This document shows, piece after piece, positions 28,655 to 39,354 of a stretch of DNA of 64,000 nt. A program made the translations under genes and the position numbers. Location of the stretch: NCBI GenBank assembly GCA_963744145.1, contig CAVUSO010000001.1, forward strand, positions 6,080,001 to 6,144,000. The letters run 5' to 3'. Every line of letters begins with the position of its first letter. Within the stretch, counting starts at the first letter, position 1. The DNA is from an uncultured cyanobacterium (GTDB lineage: Bacteria > Cyanobacteriota > Cyanobacteriia > Cyanobacteriales > CAWUOF01). The notes under the pieces are model-generated. The model made no database searches and was not told the origin of the DNA. It saw nothing but the letters and a program-made list of their open reading frames with translations.

Positions 28655-29530
28655 ATGAATTCATCTAAACACCCCAGTCCTGAATCCTTTCCTTCGACCT
28701 CCCTGACCCGCGCTCCGATCGGTATTTTTGATAGTGGAATTGGTGGACTAACAGTTTTACGAGAGCTATACCAGCAGTTGCCTAATGAATCTATTCTTTA
28801 TTTTGGTGATACTGCCCGCTTGCCCTACGGTAATCGGTCACGGGCAGAAATTATCGAATTTGTGAGGGAAATTCTCACTTGGATGGTGCAGCAGGGCGTG
28901 AAAATGGTGATTATGGCTTGTAATACCAGTTCCGCCCTGGCTTTAGAAACAGTGCGATCGGAATTCTCGCTCCCGATTCTGGGCTTGATTTTGCCCGGAG
29001 CTCGCGCGGCGGTTCGGCAAGGTCGTCGCATTGGGGTCATTGCTACCCCAGCAACTGCGGCTAGTAATGCCTACCGTCGCGCTATTTTAGAAATTGACTC
29101 TCAATGTCAGGTCTGGCAAGTGGGATGTCCGGAATTTGTGCCTTTAATTGAACAAGGTCGAATCGATGACCCTGTTACTGATGAAGTGGCCAGAGAATAT
29201 TTGGCTCCGCTCATGCAACAACAGATTGATACTTTGGTTTATGGTTGTACTCATTATCCCCACTTAGAGCCCGTACTACGCACCATCCTACCTCAATCCA
29301 TCCATTTAGTTGATCCGGCTGTTCATCTGGTAGCCGCCTCAGCTCAGGAATTGGATCTGCTGGGATTAAAAAATACTCATACAGCTCTACCTACCCGTTT
29401 TTGCGTGAGCGGTTGTCCCAAACAGTTCGCCCATCTTTCGATCCGGTGGCTCGGTTGCACTCCGATCGTCGAAAAAATTTCTTTGACTACGGTGCAACCT
29501 CAACCTATTCCCTTACCTTCTCCTGATTAA
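28655..29530 (+). CDS. murI: Glutamate racemase
   Basis: FDSGIGG, ACNTSS, GCTHYP. Confidence 0.97.
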   Translation: MNSSKHPSPESFPSTSLTRAPIGIFDSGIGGLTVLRELYQQLPNESILYFGDTARLPYGNRSRAEIIEFVREILTWMVQQGVKMVIMACNTSSALALETVRSEFSLPILGLILPGARAAVRQGRRIGVIATPATAASNAYRRAILEIDSQCQVWQVGCPEFVPLIEQGRIDDPVTDEVAREYLAPLMQQQIDTLVYGCTHYPHLEPVLRTILPQSIHLVDPAVHLVAASAQELDLLGLKNTHTALPTRFCVSGCPKQFAHLSIRWLGCTPIVEKISLTTVQPQPIPLPSPD

Positions 29531-29812
29531 ACCTAGAACTAGCGGATTGGCCGACACACATCCCCCGATGTTTAACCTTGAGGATGTCGCCATGCTTGAG
29601 CTCGTTCGGCCAACATTAACAGCAGATAAATCATTAACAAATAACCCGTTGCCAGAATCGGAATAATTAAAGGCAGATTATGATCAGTCATAGTGGGGTC
29701 AGCAGTAGGTAGGAATTTTAAAATCTAAAAATTGCCATATCCGTAGCGTCAGTAATACATCGCTAATAATTTAGCTCTGTCTACTGTCGCTTTCATCACA
29801 GCTAGAGGTTTA

Positions 29813-29855
29813 CCCTGAGCGAAGTCGAATGGGTTCCCTGAGCGAAGTCGAAGGG
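29813..29855. repeat. Two tandem copies of a small dispersed repeat (CCCTGAGCGAAGTCGAA), 23-bp period
   Basis: Same family as 15620-15685 and 47898-47960. Confidence 0.75.
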
Positions 29856-30230
29856 CGATAGAATATTGCTAGGGGATTGTCTGAAACGCTAGGAACTTAC
29901 CCCAGGTAATTGATTTTGCACAAAGCAAACACTACCTCGGTTGATCTTATTGTTTCACTAGAAAAAATTCGGAACAGCCTCCAAACTTTTTCTGGTCAAA
30001 CCTTAACTTGGCCCATCAATCACCGAAAAGGACTTGGATCGTAGTTCGATCCGCAGTAGATTGGATTATGGAATTGTTGAAATTCTTACTAACTAAGATA
30101 ACACAGAAAAATTGATAGTGACAGGGATTTTTAAAAATTCCTCAATAAATTGTTACAATTAGTCACAATGGCTAAAATCCTCTCAGTTAAAAGGTTTTTA
30201 GCCACCTAGAGCTAGGGCAATCTGGAGATT

Positions 30231-30259
30231 TGTGGAAAAAAAGGGGGTTGTGTGGAAAA
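30231..30259. promoter_or_regulatory. Two DnaA-box-like motifs (TGTGGAAAA = TTTTCCACA)
   Basis: Exact 9-mers at 30231 and 30251. Confidence 0.45.
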
Positions 30260-30382
30260 AAAAGATCAAGATTGTGAGAAGGGATAGCTAACTAGACGAT
30301 TAAGCTTTTGGGAGAAGGTTAGCTTAAAATAAAGACCAGATTTGTAAACTTTCGTAACTATATAGCCTGAGTCGGCTGATCC

Positions 30383-31354
30383 ATGACCTCAGTGACATCC
30401 CTCTTTTCCCCGATTGAAGCAGACCTACGCTTGCTCACAGACAATCTGAAAAAGTTAGTAGGGGCTCGTCACCCGATCCTATATGCGGCGGCAGAACATT
30501 TATTTGGCGCTACTGGGAAGCAGTTGAGACCAGCAATTGTGCTACTGCTAGCCCGAGCTACAATGATCGACCAAGAAATTACGCCGCGTCACCGTCGGTT
30601 GGCAGAAATTACCGAAATGATTCATACCGCTAGTTTAGTCCATGACGACGTAGTAGACGAATCAGAACTACGTCGAGGAGTATCTACCGTCCACAGTCGA
30701 TTTGGTAATCGAGTAGCAGTATTAGCAGGAGATTTTCTCTTTGCCCAAGCTTCCTGGTATTTGGCCAATTTAGATAATCTGGCTGTAGTCAAATTGTTGT
30801 CAGAAGTAATTATGGATTTAGCTGAAGGAGAAATTCAGCAAGGACTAAACCGATTTAACAGTAATTTATCCCTGGAGGAGTATCTGGAAAAGAGCTACTA
30901 CAAAACTGCTTCATTAATTGCTAATAGTGCCAAAGCCACAGGATTAATTAGTGGAGTAGAACCAGAAATTGCGGAAAACTTGTACAATTACGGGCGTTAT
31001 ATTGGGTTAGCTTTTCAAATAGTCGATGATATTTTAGATTTCACCGCTTCCACCGAAGTATTGGGCAAACCAGCCGGTTCAGATCTCAAAAGCGGCAATT
31101 TAACTGCCCCGGCTTTATTTGCTTTAGCAGAAAAACCTTATTTAGAAGGGTTAATTGAGCGGGAATTTGGTGAAGTAACAGATTTGCCAGAAGCGATCGC
31201 CCTGATTAGCGCCAGTCAGGCGTTTGAGCGATCGCGAGAATTAGCAAAAAAATATGCCCAATTAGCTGTGGAGAACTTAGCTAACCTCCCACCGACAGAA
31301 TCACGTCAAGCTTTGAGCGACTTAGCCGACTATATATTGAGCCGTCTGAATTAA
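30383..31354 (+). CDS. sds: Solanesyl diphosphate synthase
   Basis: HDDVVD and VDDILD Asp-rich motifs; murI-sds synteny. Confidence 0.93.
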   Translation: MTSVTSLFSPIEADLRLLTDNLKKLVGARHPILYAAAEHLFGATGKQLRPAIVLLLARATMIDQEITPRHRRLAEITEMIHTASLVHDDVVDESELRRGVSTVHSRFGNRVAVLAGDFLFAQASWYLANLDNLAVVKLLSEVIMDLAEGEIQQGLNRFNSNLSLEEYLEKSYYKTASLIANSAKATGLISGVEPEIAENLYNYGRYIGLAFQIVDDILDFTASTEVLGKPAGSDLKSGNLTAPALFALAEKPYLEGLIEREFGEVTDLPEAIALISASQAFERSRELAKKYAQLAVENLANLPPTESRQALSDLADYILSRLN

Positions 31355-31363
31355 AACACAGTC

Positions 31364-31855
31364 TTAGGCTAAATTTGGGGGCAAATAAGTGAACTGAGAT
31401 GGAGGAGGTGAGAGCAGTTGTTGTAACTGGGACTGAATTAAATTTTGCAAATCTTGACGACGGACTTCTGTCCCAGCGGTAATTTGGCCAGGTGTTTCAA
31501 AAAAAACCAGACTATCAACCTGTTCTAAGGCCAAAAACTGAAACAAAATGTGAGTAACTAACACCATCGTCACGATTATTTCCGGACTCCCAGGAACTGA
31601 AATACTATCTTTGGCGTCTTTAAGAGTGGGAAAAGCATAAATTACGTTTTTTTCGAGCCCTGGTTGAGCCCGATTACTTAAAGTAGTAGTAAGCCAACCT
31701 TGGTTTAGTCCTTGGAGGATATAGTATTGAGGATGGCGCAACTGGGTAGCAAGCTGCTTGAGCGCAGGTGCGATCGCCTCGACCAATTGAGGTGTACTGC
31801 CATCCGAGGGCGCATCAGAAATTAAGATGGAAATCTGCTCATCTAAGTTCATCAT
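31364..31855 (-). CDS. Conserved cyanobacterial hypothetical protein divergent from hetZ
   Basis: Clean 163-aa ORF; TTLSNR..VIYAFPT. Confidence 0.8.
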   Translation of the reverse strand: MMNLDEQISILISDAPSDGSTPQLVEAIAPALKQLATQLRHPQYYILQGLNQGWLTTTLSNRAQPGLEKNVIYAFPTLKDAKDSISVPGSPEIIVTMVLVTHILFQFLALEQVDSLVFFETPGQITAGTEVRRQDLQNLIQSQLQQLLSPPPSQFTYLPPNLA

Positions 31856-32067
31856 TGCTTGGAAGAATTCCCACGATTATTTTGAGTCTAAATCCTGATT
31901 AATAAATCAGTAACCAAAAAAAATTTTCGATTTGCCAACTAAAATTAAGATTTTGGCAAACAACTCATCATCTTAGCTGATTAATTCAACGGTTACAGTG
32001 AGAAAAACAGAGCAATATGCTAGGGTTTTGATTATCCAGTAACCATTGTAGGGGGAACTGCTTCAGA

Positions 32068-33177
32068 GTGGAAAAAATCTTTGAGCTGCTATTTAGCGAA
32101 CTCAAACAGTATACTCGTGCCGGTGAAAAAAACTGCCGCGAGATCGCTGCACGTTTAGCAGAAGAAGTAATCCGCATCTGCTCGGAAAGCCAAAGGATAC
32201 AAGCATCGGGAGAAACCGAAAAGTGGGCCACTAATTTAGCCAATCATCGTCTCAAACAATGCCTAAAATATTATAAATTAGGGTCACGTCAAGGACGGAT
32301 TGAGCTCCATAGCAATTTAAGTGCTATAGTTTATCGATATATCACGCCTCCTCAAGCTCGTTCCAGTTATCAAGCAAGAATAATTTTAATTGAAGATTTT
32401 TTACAAGGATTTTACGCAGAAGCATGGAAAGCTTTTTTGCGAGAAACCCAACTTAGTGAAATCTATCGTCCTCAAACCGTCTTAGAACTAGCAGAATACA
32501 TGGCGTTTACTGAACGCTATGGGAAACGCAGGATTGGTTTACCTGGTCGAAGAAGTCAACAGTTAATCGTTTTACGCGCACAGACATTTTCCCAGCAGCA
32601 ACCACCCGAAATCTCTGTAGATATGGAACAAGCTGCCGAGGGAGCAGGAACAGAAACAGACTCATCAGCTAACGATTCTTCAGTCCAACAGGTCAGACAA
32701 GCGATGGTCGCAGGAGATAGCGAACCGACGGAAGATGCTCTGCGTCAAGAAGTAGTTAAGCAATTAATCAATTATTTAGAAGAACGTCAGCAAAATGATT
32801 GTGCCGAATACTTTATCTTGCGTTTGCAAGATTTACAAGCCAATGAAATTGAGGAAATTCTCGGATTAACCTCCAGAGAGAGAGACTATTTACAGCAGCG
32901 TTTTAAATACCATCTGATTCGATTTGCCCTCTTGCATCAATGGGAATTAGTCCATGAATGGTTAGAAGCAGATCTTGGTCGCAATTTGGGCTTAACTCCC
33001 CATCAATGGCAAATTTTTGAAGAAAAAATTAGCCCCACCCAATTGAGAATTCTACGATTAAAACAAAAAAATCTTACTGATGCAGAAATTGCCCAAACCT
33101 TGGAATGTACCCTCAATCAATTGCAAAAACAATGGTTAAAATTACTTGAACTCGCCTGGGAAATTCGCAATCATTAA
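32068..33177 (+). CDS. hetZ: HetZ-like HTH protein
   Basis: RICSESQRIQ..YYKLGSRQGRIELHSNL..ERDYLQQRFKY. Confidence 0.88.
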   Translation: MEKIFELLFSELKQYTRAGEKNCREIAARLAEEVIRICSESQRIQASGETEKWATNLANHRLKQCLKYYKLGSRQGRIELHSNLSAIVYRYITPPQARSSYQARIILIEDFLQGFYAEAWKAFLRETQLSEIYRPQTVLELAEYMAFTERYGKRRIGLPGRRSQQLIVLRAQTFSQQQPPEISVDMEQAAEGAGTETDSSANDSSVQQVRQAMVAGDSEPTEDALRQEVVKQLINYLEERQQNDCAEYFILRLQDLQANEIEEILGLTSRERDYLQQRFKYHLIRFALLHQWELVHEWLEADLGRNLGLTPHQWQIFEEKISPTQLRILRLKQKNLTDAEIAQTLECTLNQLQKQWLKLLELAWEIRNH

Positions 33178-33290
33178 CTATTGGCAATAATTTTTGCGAA
33201 GATAAAGCGGCTTGATGAAATAGCTAAATCAATTCCAATTCCTTCAGTATCCGGAGGAATTGGATCTAGTAATGAATAGGGGGTTAGACA

Positions 33291-34373
33291 ATGAATCATG
33301 ACCCAGAAGATTTTCACCGCATCAGGGACAAGGAAGCTTTCCAAAAAAGCTTACTTCAATGGCTATTACAAGAGCCAATCACTAAAGCATCACTCCCAAC
33401 TGAGGATAGTTCTTCAGAACCTTCTGGCACAATCTCCGAGGTTAATCATCTAGGATTCGCTCAGTTAGACCCCCTAGACATGGAAGGGCTAATTGATTTA
33501 GATCAATCACAACTTCCCCCACAGGACTTTGGGGAAACACATAATTTAGGAGAAATACCTGCCGTGCAAGAACGTTTTTGTGCTATTATTAAACGCCGTC
33601 TGCAAACAGAAATTCAACATCATCCACCGCTGTTTCCTTGGGAAACGGAAATTCTTGACTATGAACCTGAACTTTCAGACGCCAGTGCCAAGACCATGGT
33701 TCCCGATCGCCTCTGGCTAAATCAGTTAAGACAGCTAAAACTACCAGTACCAGTACCGGAAACAGTTCTCACTCAATTGCTCGAACGCTGTCAGTCTGTA
33801 GTCCAGTCTTCCTTGCTGGAAGGGGCAAAATTAGTCCGAGTTGTAGAATGTTTGTTTCCTAATCAGCTCGTGGATCTAAACCATTTCGCTAACCTGGTAC
33901 TTAGGGCTGAGTCTACGGCTTATCGTGAACCACGAGAATTAGGGAAAATCGCTTTTTTAGAATCTCCAACCGATTTTCCTCACACTTATGAAGCTGCTCT
34001 ACCGGTGCAGCAGATGGTTTTGTCCTTACTAGCAGCTCGTGAGATTTTAGGATCTCTGACCTTAAAAGTATGTCGATCTCAACCCAGAGTCGAACGTCAA
34101 TGGTTGACAGAGGTAGGACTATTAACGCTAGTGGTAGAGTATCAAGAAACTAAACATTTTACTTCCTTGCAAGTTCAGGGGTATTTACCTTGTGCCGGAA
34201 GACTCCAAATGACAGGAAATCAAGCACAAGCGATCGCAAATCGGACTTCCATGGGTTATCTCCGGGTAGAATTGTTTGATTTACTACCTAACCAACCTTA
34301 TCCCTTAGAAGTTAGCTTTCAATCTGGGGAGCAAAAACCCCTAGTTTTTAGTGTATATACTACTAATGATTAA
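33291..34373 (+). CDS. patU: PatU-like protein (single ORF)
   Basis: GEIPAVQERF..PPLFPWE..QQMVLSLLAAREI; downstream of hetZ. Confidence 0.8.
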   Translation: MNHDPEDFHRIRDKEAFQKSLLQWLLQEPITKASLPTEDSSSEPSGTISEVNHLGFAQLDPLDMEGLIDLDQSQLPPQDFGETHNLGEIPAVQERFCAIIKRRLQTEIQHHPPLFPWETEILDYEPELSDASAKTMVPDRLWLNQLRQLKLPVPVPETVLTQLLERCQSVVQSSLLEGAKLVRVVECLFPNQLVDLNHFANLVLRAESTAYREPRELGKIAFLESPTDFPHTYEAALPVQQMVLSLLAAREILGSLTLKVCRSQPRVERQWLTEVGLLTLVVEYQETKHFTSLQVQGYLPCAGRLQMTGNQAQAIANRTSMGYLRVELFDLLPNQPYPLEVSFQSGEQKPLVFSVYTTND

Positions 34374-34419
34374 AAAGCGTTAGCATAACTGAAAAACTAG
34401 GATATTGCCAGTTTAGCCC

Positions 34420-36771
34420 ATGTCTAACTTGTCTGGGATGCGACCATGGCGATTTAGAGCGATCGGCACTCGTCTAAGTCAGCGTTTAGCCCAAATCCCC
34501 CCACCAGAAGCAGAAAATTCCTGGATCTTACGGGTGCTAGTTCAAGCCCTGGTAATTGTGGGCATTGTGGCCACTGATGTGGCCGCAGAAACTCATCTCA
34601 GTCTGTGGGCTGTACCCCTCAGTATTGCTGGTGCGGTGTGGAGTTGGTATCAACGTCGCGATCGCAATATACCAGTCAAGTTTTTGATTGCTATTGGGAT
34701 GCTATTGGCGTTAGCAGCTTTTTTTGGTCGGATTGTCCAGCAACTTAATGATACTCGTTTGGTGTTAGCCGAGTTATTAATTAATTTGCTGATTCTCCAT
34801 AGCTTTGACTTACCACGTCGCAAGGATTTAGGCTATTCCATCGTGATTGGTTTGATCCTGTTGGGAGTCGCTGGGACAGTTTCTCAAACTTTAGCTTTTG
34901 CACCTTTTTTACTCCTATTTTTGGTAATTGCCCTACCGACTTTGCTCTTGGATTATCGTTCACGTTTAGGTTTACATTCACCAGTTCAGCCATCTCCACA
35001 ACAGGAGAAAAAAAATTCCCAAGTCCAAAAAAAGTTTTGGTTACCTTTTTCGGTCAAACGCTTAACTATTTTACTGCTGTTAATTTTAGGATTAGGCTTA
35101 ACAATTTTTGCATTTTTACCCCGATTTCCAGGTTATAAGTTACAAACTTTTCCAGTCAGCGCTCCGAGTTCTTTTCAACCAACTGGAGATGGGAGAAATA
35201 TTAGTAATCCTGGTTATGTGCGTTCAGGTAAAATTAGTCAAGGTAGTCAAGCTAAGAGTAAACAAGGTCAAAACCCTGGAGAATTAGACGATACTTTTTA
35301 TTATGGGTTTAATACCCAAATTAACCAAAATCTGCGCGGTCAAATGAAACCTAAAGTCGTGATGAGGGTGCGATCGCAAGCAGCAGGATTCTGGCGAGTT
35401 TTGGCTTTTGACCGTTATACTGGTCAAGGTTGGGAAATATCTCGAAATGAACAAACTCACACGGTTACTCGTCCCCCTTGGTCTTATTTGTTTCTGCTGT
35501 ATTTTATTCCTGATCTTAATCGCTATAAGAGTGTAATTCAAAGTTATACGATCGTCTCCGAATTACCCAACTTGATTCCAGCTTTAGCTCAACCAAATCA
35601 ACTGTTCTTTCCCACTGAAAAGATTTCGGTTGACCCAGAAGATTCCTTACGCGCACCAGCTGAATTATTACCAGAAGGACTTACCTATACAGTAATTTCT
35701 CAAGTTCCCTTTCGCGATCGCATCGCTTTAGGAAAAGCGCAGACAAAATATCCAAAACTGATTCGAGATTACTATCTGCAAGTACCCCCGGAAATTGCTG
35801 ATAAAGTCCGCACCTTAACTGAAGAAATTTTAGCAAAGTCTACCTCTCATCAAATTGGTAAAGAAGGAAAAGTGCTTGAATCAGTTTACGAAAAAGCTTT
35901 ATATTTAGCTGCTTATCTTAAACAGAATCCTGCTTATCAACTGGAAAAAGACCTTCCTTTTCTCCAAAATCAAGAAGACTTAGTTGAAGCTTTTTTATTC
36001 GGATATAAAAATAGTCCAGCTTCCCAAAAAATTACTGGAGGATATCCAGATCATTTTTCTACAGTTTTAACGATCATGTTGCGTTCAATTGGAATTCCAG
36101 CGAGATTAATTGGAGGATTTGGTCCTGGTCAATTTAACCCGTTTACAGGATATTATGTGGTTAACAATACCGATGCTTATCTAATGACAGAGGTATATTT
36201 CCCTGGATATGGTTGGTTTGCTTTTGATCCGATTCCTGGACATGATCTGATTCCTCCTTCTTTTGAAGATTATGAACCCTTTAGTATAGTCAAAGAGTTT
36301 TGGAAATGGATCGCAGGTTGGTTTCCTACACCATTAACCAGTTTGCTCAATAGATTTTTTGGTGCGATCGCTCTATTTTTAACTTGGTTATTTGCTTTAT
36401 TTGCTCAAGGTTGGGTAGGAATTTTTACAGGTTTGCTGGTGATGATTATTTTCGGTTTTATCGGTTGGTTAGCTTTCCAGGGTTGGCAAAAATTGCTTGA
36501 GCGTCTCTGGTTAGCTAAATTACCACCAATGGAAAGTATTTATCAACAAATGCTCAAGTGGTTAACTAAGCAAGGTTTTCCCAAACATTCAGCTCAAACA
36601 CCTTTAGAATATTCCCAACAACTGACTCAATATTATCCAACAACTTTAGCAGATGTAATTGTTGAAATTTCTGAAGCTTATGTTAGTTGGAGATATGGGA
36701 GAAAAGATGTTAATTTAACACACCTACGTCGTCGTTTAGCAGATTTGATCAAACGACAAAAGAAAAAGTGA
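34420..36771 (+). CDS. TgpA-like membrane transglutaminase-domain protein (DUF3488/DUF4129)
   Basis: Multi-TM N-terminus, FWRVLAFDRYTG, LRSIGIPAR, EVYFPGYGWFAFDP. Confidence 0.87.
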   Translation: MSNLSGMRPWRFRAIGTRLSQRLAQIPPPEAENSWILRVLVQALVIVGIVATDVAAETHLSLWAVPLSIAGAVWSWYQRRDRNIPVKFLIAIGMLLALAAFFGRIVQQLNDTRLVLAELLINLLILHSFDLPRRKDLGYSIVIGLILLGVAGTVSQTLAFAPFLLLFLVIALPTLLLDYRSRLGLHSPVQPSPQQEKKNSQVQKKFWLPFSVKRLTILLLLILGLGLTIFAFLPRFPGYKLQTFPVSAPSSFQPTGDGRNISNPGYVRSGKISQGSQAKSKQGQNPGELDDTFYYGFNTQINQNLRGQMKPKVVMRVRSQAAGFWRVLAFDRYTGQGWEISRNEQTHTVTRPPWSYLFLLYFIPDLNRYKSVIQSYTIVSELPNLIPALAQPNQLFFPTEKISVDPEDSLRAPAELLPEGLTYTVISQVPFRDRIALGKAQTKYPKLIRDYYLQVPPEIADKVRTLTEEILAKSTSHQIGKEGKVLESVYEKALYLAAYLKQNPAYQLEKDLPFLQNQEDLVEAFLFGYKNSPASQKITGGYPDHFSTVLTIMLRSIGIPARLIGGFGPGQFNPFTGYYVVNNTDAYLMTEVYFPGYGWFAFDPIPGHDLIPPSFEDYEPFSIVKEFWKWIAGWFPTPLTSLLNRFFGAIALFLTWLFALFAQGWVGIFTGLLVMIIFGFIGWLAFQGWQKLLERLWLAKLPPMESIYQQMLKWLTKQGFPKHSAQTPLEYSQQLTQYYPTTLADVIVEISEAYVSWRYGRKDVNLTHLRRRLADLIKRQKKK

Positions 36772-36772
36772 T

Positions 36773-38134
36773 ATGTTTAGAACTAGTGGAGCAGTGATCC
36801 AAAAACGTCTAATTATATTTACCCGTTACCCAGAACCAGGAAAAACTAAAACTAGATTAATTTCTGTACTCGGAGCTGAAGGTGCAGCTCAGTTACACCG
36901 TGAAATGACTGAATATACTTTAGCACACCTAATCAGACTAAAAGAAAAAATACCATTACTTGCTATAGAAGTCAGATTTACTGGTGGTAATCAACAATTA
37001 ATGCAAAATTGGTTAGGAGATGGAATCACTTATGAATCGCAAGGTGATGGTGATCTGGGAGTAAAAATGAGTAGTGCTTTTCAGGAAGCTTTTACTACAG
37101 GAATCGAACGAGTAATTATTATTGGTACAGATTGTCCAGAAATTGATTGTATGCTGATTCAGGAAGCTTTTGAGCGATTAGATCAAGCTGATTTAGTTTT
37201 AGGTCCAGCTCATGATGGGGGTTATTATTTAATTGGTCTAAGTCGTTTTGTCCCAGAGTTATTGATCGGGATTAAGTGGGGAACTGCGGAAGTTAGATCA
37301 GCAACAATTGCGATCGCAAATCAGCTAGGTTTATCTTTGAGTTTGCTCCCACTTCATGGTGATGTAGATCGTCCGGAAGATTTACCAATTTGGGAACAAG
37401 CAAAGACTAAAAATCGCGATCTTGATTATCCCAAAATTTCCCTAATTATCCCAGTTTTGAATGAAGGTGGGTTATCAGCAGAGTCATTTAGTCGTAGATT
37501 AACATATTTAATTAATTTAGTCAATTTATCTACCAATATTGAAACCATCATTGTGGATGGAGGATCGACGGATAATACGGTTGAGATTGCTAATTCTCTG
37601 GGAGTCAAAGTGGTGAAAGCACCGACAGGGAGAGCTACACAAATGAATATAGGTGCCCAAATTGCTACTGGGGAAATCTTGCTGTTTCTCCATGTTGATA
37701 CCCAATTACCTCTAGGTTTCGACGCGATCGCTCGTCAACTATTAGCTCAACCAGGTGTAGTTGTGGGTGCGTTTCAATTAAAGATTGATGCAGAATTGCC
37801 CGGATTACGTTTAATTGAAATGGCTGCTAATTGTCGATCGCGTTGCTTAGGATTACCTTATGGAGACCAAGGGATTTTTCTATCAGCAAAAATATTTCGA
37901 GCGTTGGGTGGTTTTCCCGAATTACCCATAATGGAAGATTTTGCATTAATTAAAAGATTACAGCGTCTTGGCCAAATTGCGATCGCGCCCATATCGGTTT
38001 TAACATCAGCACGTCGTTGGCAAAAATTAGGGGTTTTTCAAACTACATTGATTAATCAGGTGATAGTTTTGGGCTATTATCTAGGAATATCACCAAAGAT
38101 CCTGGTGCGTTGGTATCGACAAGGATTTTGGTAA
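36773..38134 (+). CDS. Fused DUF2064 (TIGR04282-type) + GT2 (TIGR04283-type) glycosyltransferase
   Basis: PEPGKTKTRL..IGTDCP..GPAHDGGYYLIG..DVDRPEDL, then IIPVLNE..VDGGSTD..PYGDQG. Confidence 0.88.
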   Translation: MFRTSGAVIQKRLIIFTRYPEPGKTKTRLISVLGAEGAAQLHREMTEYTLAHLIRLKEKIPLLAIEVRFTGGNQQLMQNWLGDGITYESQGDGDLGVKMSSAFQEAFTTGIERVIIIGTDCPEIDCMLIQEAFERLDQADLVLGPAHDGGYYLIGLSRFVPELLIGIKWGTAEVRSATIAIANQLGLSLSLLPLHGDVDRPEDLPIWEQAKTKNRDLDYPKISLIIPVLNEGGLSAESFSRRLTYLINLVNLSTNIETIIVDGGSTDNTVEIANSLGVKVVKAPTGRATQMNIGAQIATGEILLFLHVDTQLPLGFDAIARQLLAQPGVVVGAFQLKIDAELPGLRLIEMAANCRSRCLGLPYGDQGIFLSAKIFRALGGFPELPIMEDFALIKRLQRLGQIAIAPISVLTSARRWQKLGVFQTTLINQVIVLGYYLGISPKILVRWYRQGFW

Positions 38135-38199
38135 AGACAATAACTGAACCAAATCAGCTTAAAATTAAATGACCAATTGTTAAAAAATCTGTTAAGTTC

Positions 38200-39099
38200 A
38201 TGTCTCTATTTGATTGGTTTGCTAACCGACGCAAATCTGGACCAATTGGTCTGGAACGACAAGAACGGGAAATAGCTGATGGTTTGTGGAGTAAATGTGA
38301 AGCTTGTGGCGTACTCACATATACCAAAGATTTAAGAGCCAATCAAATGGTCTGCTTAGAGTGTGGTCATCATCTCCGCGTATTTAGTGACGAAAGAATC
38401 TATCAGTTAATCGATGCTAACACTTGGAACCCGATTGACGAACAACTCCGACCAGTCGATCCCCTAAAATTTCGCGATCGCAAACAATACAGTGAGCGGA
38501 TTAGAGAAACCCAAGAAAAAACTGGACTGTTAGACGCAGTCCAAACTGGGTTTGGTCAACTCAACAACTTGTCCATTGGTTTAGGAGTGATGGACTTCCG
38601 TTTTATGGGTGGAAGTATGGGTTCAGTGGTGGGCGAAAAACTGACTCGTCTGATCGAAAAAGCTACCCATCAACACTTACCGGTCATCATCATTTGTGCT
38701 TCTGGGGGTGCCAGAATGCAAGAAGGAATGCTCAGTTTAATGCAAATGGCCAAAATTTCGGCAGCATTAGAACGTCACCGCGAAGCTCAACTACTCTATA
38801 TCCCTGTTTTAACTAACCCCACCACTGGTGGAGTCACGGCTAGTTTTGCCATGTTAGGAGACATTATTGTAGCAGAACCCAAAGCTACCATTGGCTTTGC
38901 TGGCCGACGGGTGATCGAACAAACCCTACGAGAAAAACTACCTGATAATTTTCAAACAGCAGAATATCTGCTTCAGCATGGTTTTGTGGATATTATCGTT
39001 CCTAGAACCGAACTTAAACCTACCCTAGCCCAACTGATTCGTTTCCATCAACCGGGAGCTGAAGCAATACCCTTAAGTCCCACCAGATCCAGCAGCTAA
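38200..39099 (+). CDS. accD: Acetyl-CoA carboxylase carboxyltransferase beta subunit
   Basis: Zinc finger, [26 protein letters not shown]. Confidence 0.98.
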   Translation: MSLFDWFANRRKSGPIGLERQEREIADGLWSKCEACGVLTYTKDLRANQMVCLECGHHLRVFSDERIYQLIDANTWNPIDEQLRPVDPLKFRDRKQYSERIRETQEKTGLLDAVQTGFGQLNNLSIGLGVMDFRFMGGSMGSVVGEKLTRLIEKATHQHLPVIIICASGGARMQEGMLSLMQMAKISAALERHREAQLLYIPVLTNPTTGGVTASFAMLGDIIVAEPKATIGFAGRRVIEQTLREKLPDNFQTAEYLLQHGFVDIIVPRTELKPTLAQLIRFHQPGAEAIPLSPTRSSS

Positions 39100-39354
39100 G
39101 AAAATGATTCTGATAATCGTTTTGGGAATAGAACCAGTCAATGGCATGATATTGATATTAAAACGGCTTAATTTCCAATAAAAGAGTCCCCAAGGATGAT
39201 CGGTTTTGCAGACAGGTCTATTCCAGTAATAGTCTAGGCTGACTACTCGCTCGCCTTGGTCAATCTCAAATTAAGCCATCATCAAACGCAAATAATTGCG
39301 TCTTTCATGCTGTGTTGAGCATCCAATCGCTGAGCGAAAATGCTAAGGAGAACC

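Noticed and set aside
29531..30382. oriC
   Set aside because: Only two exact boxes and no dnaA/dnaN nearby
32068..34373. Evidence of heterocyst formation
   Set aside because: hetZ/patU also occur in non-heterocystous filamentous cyanobacteria
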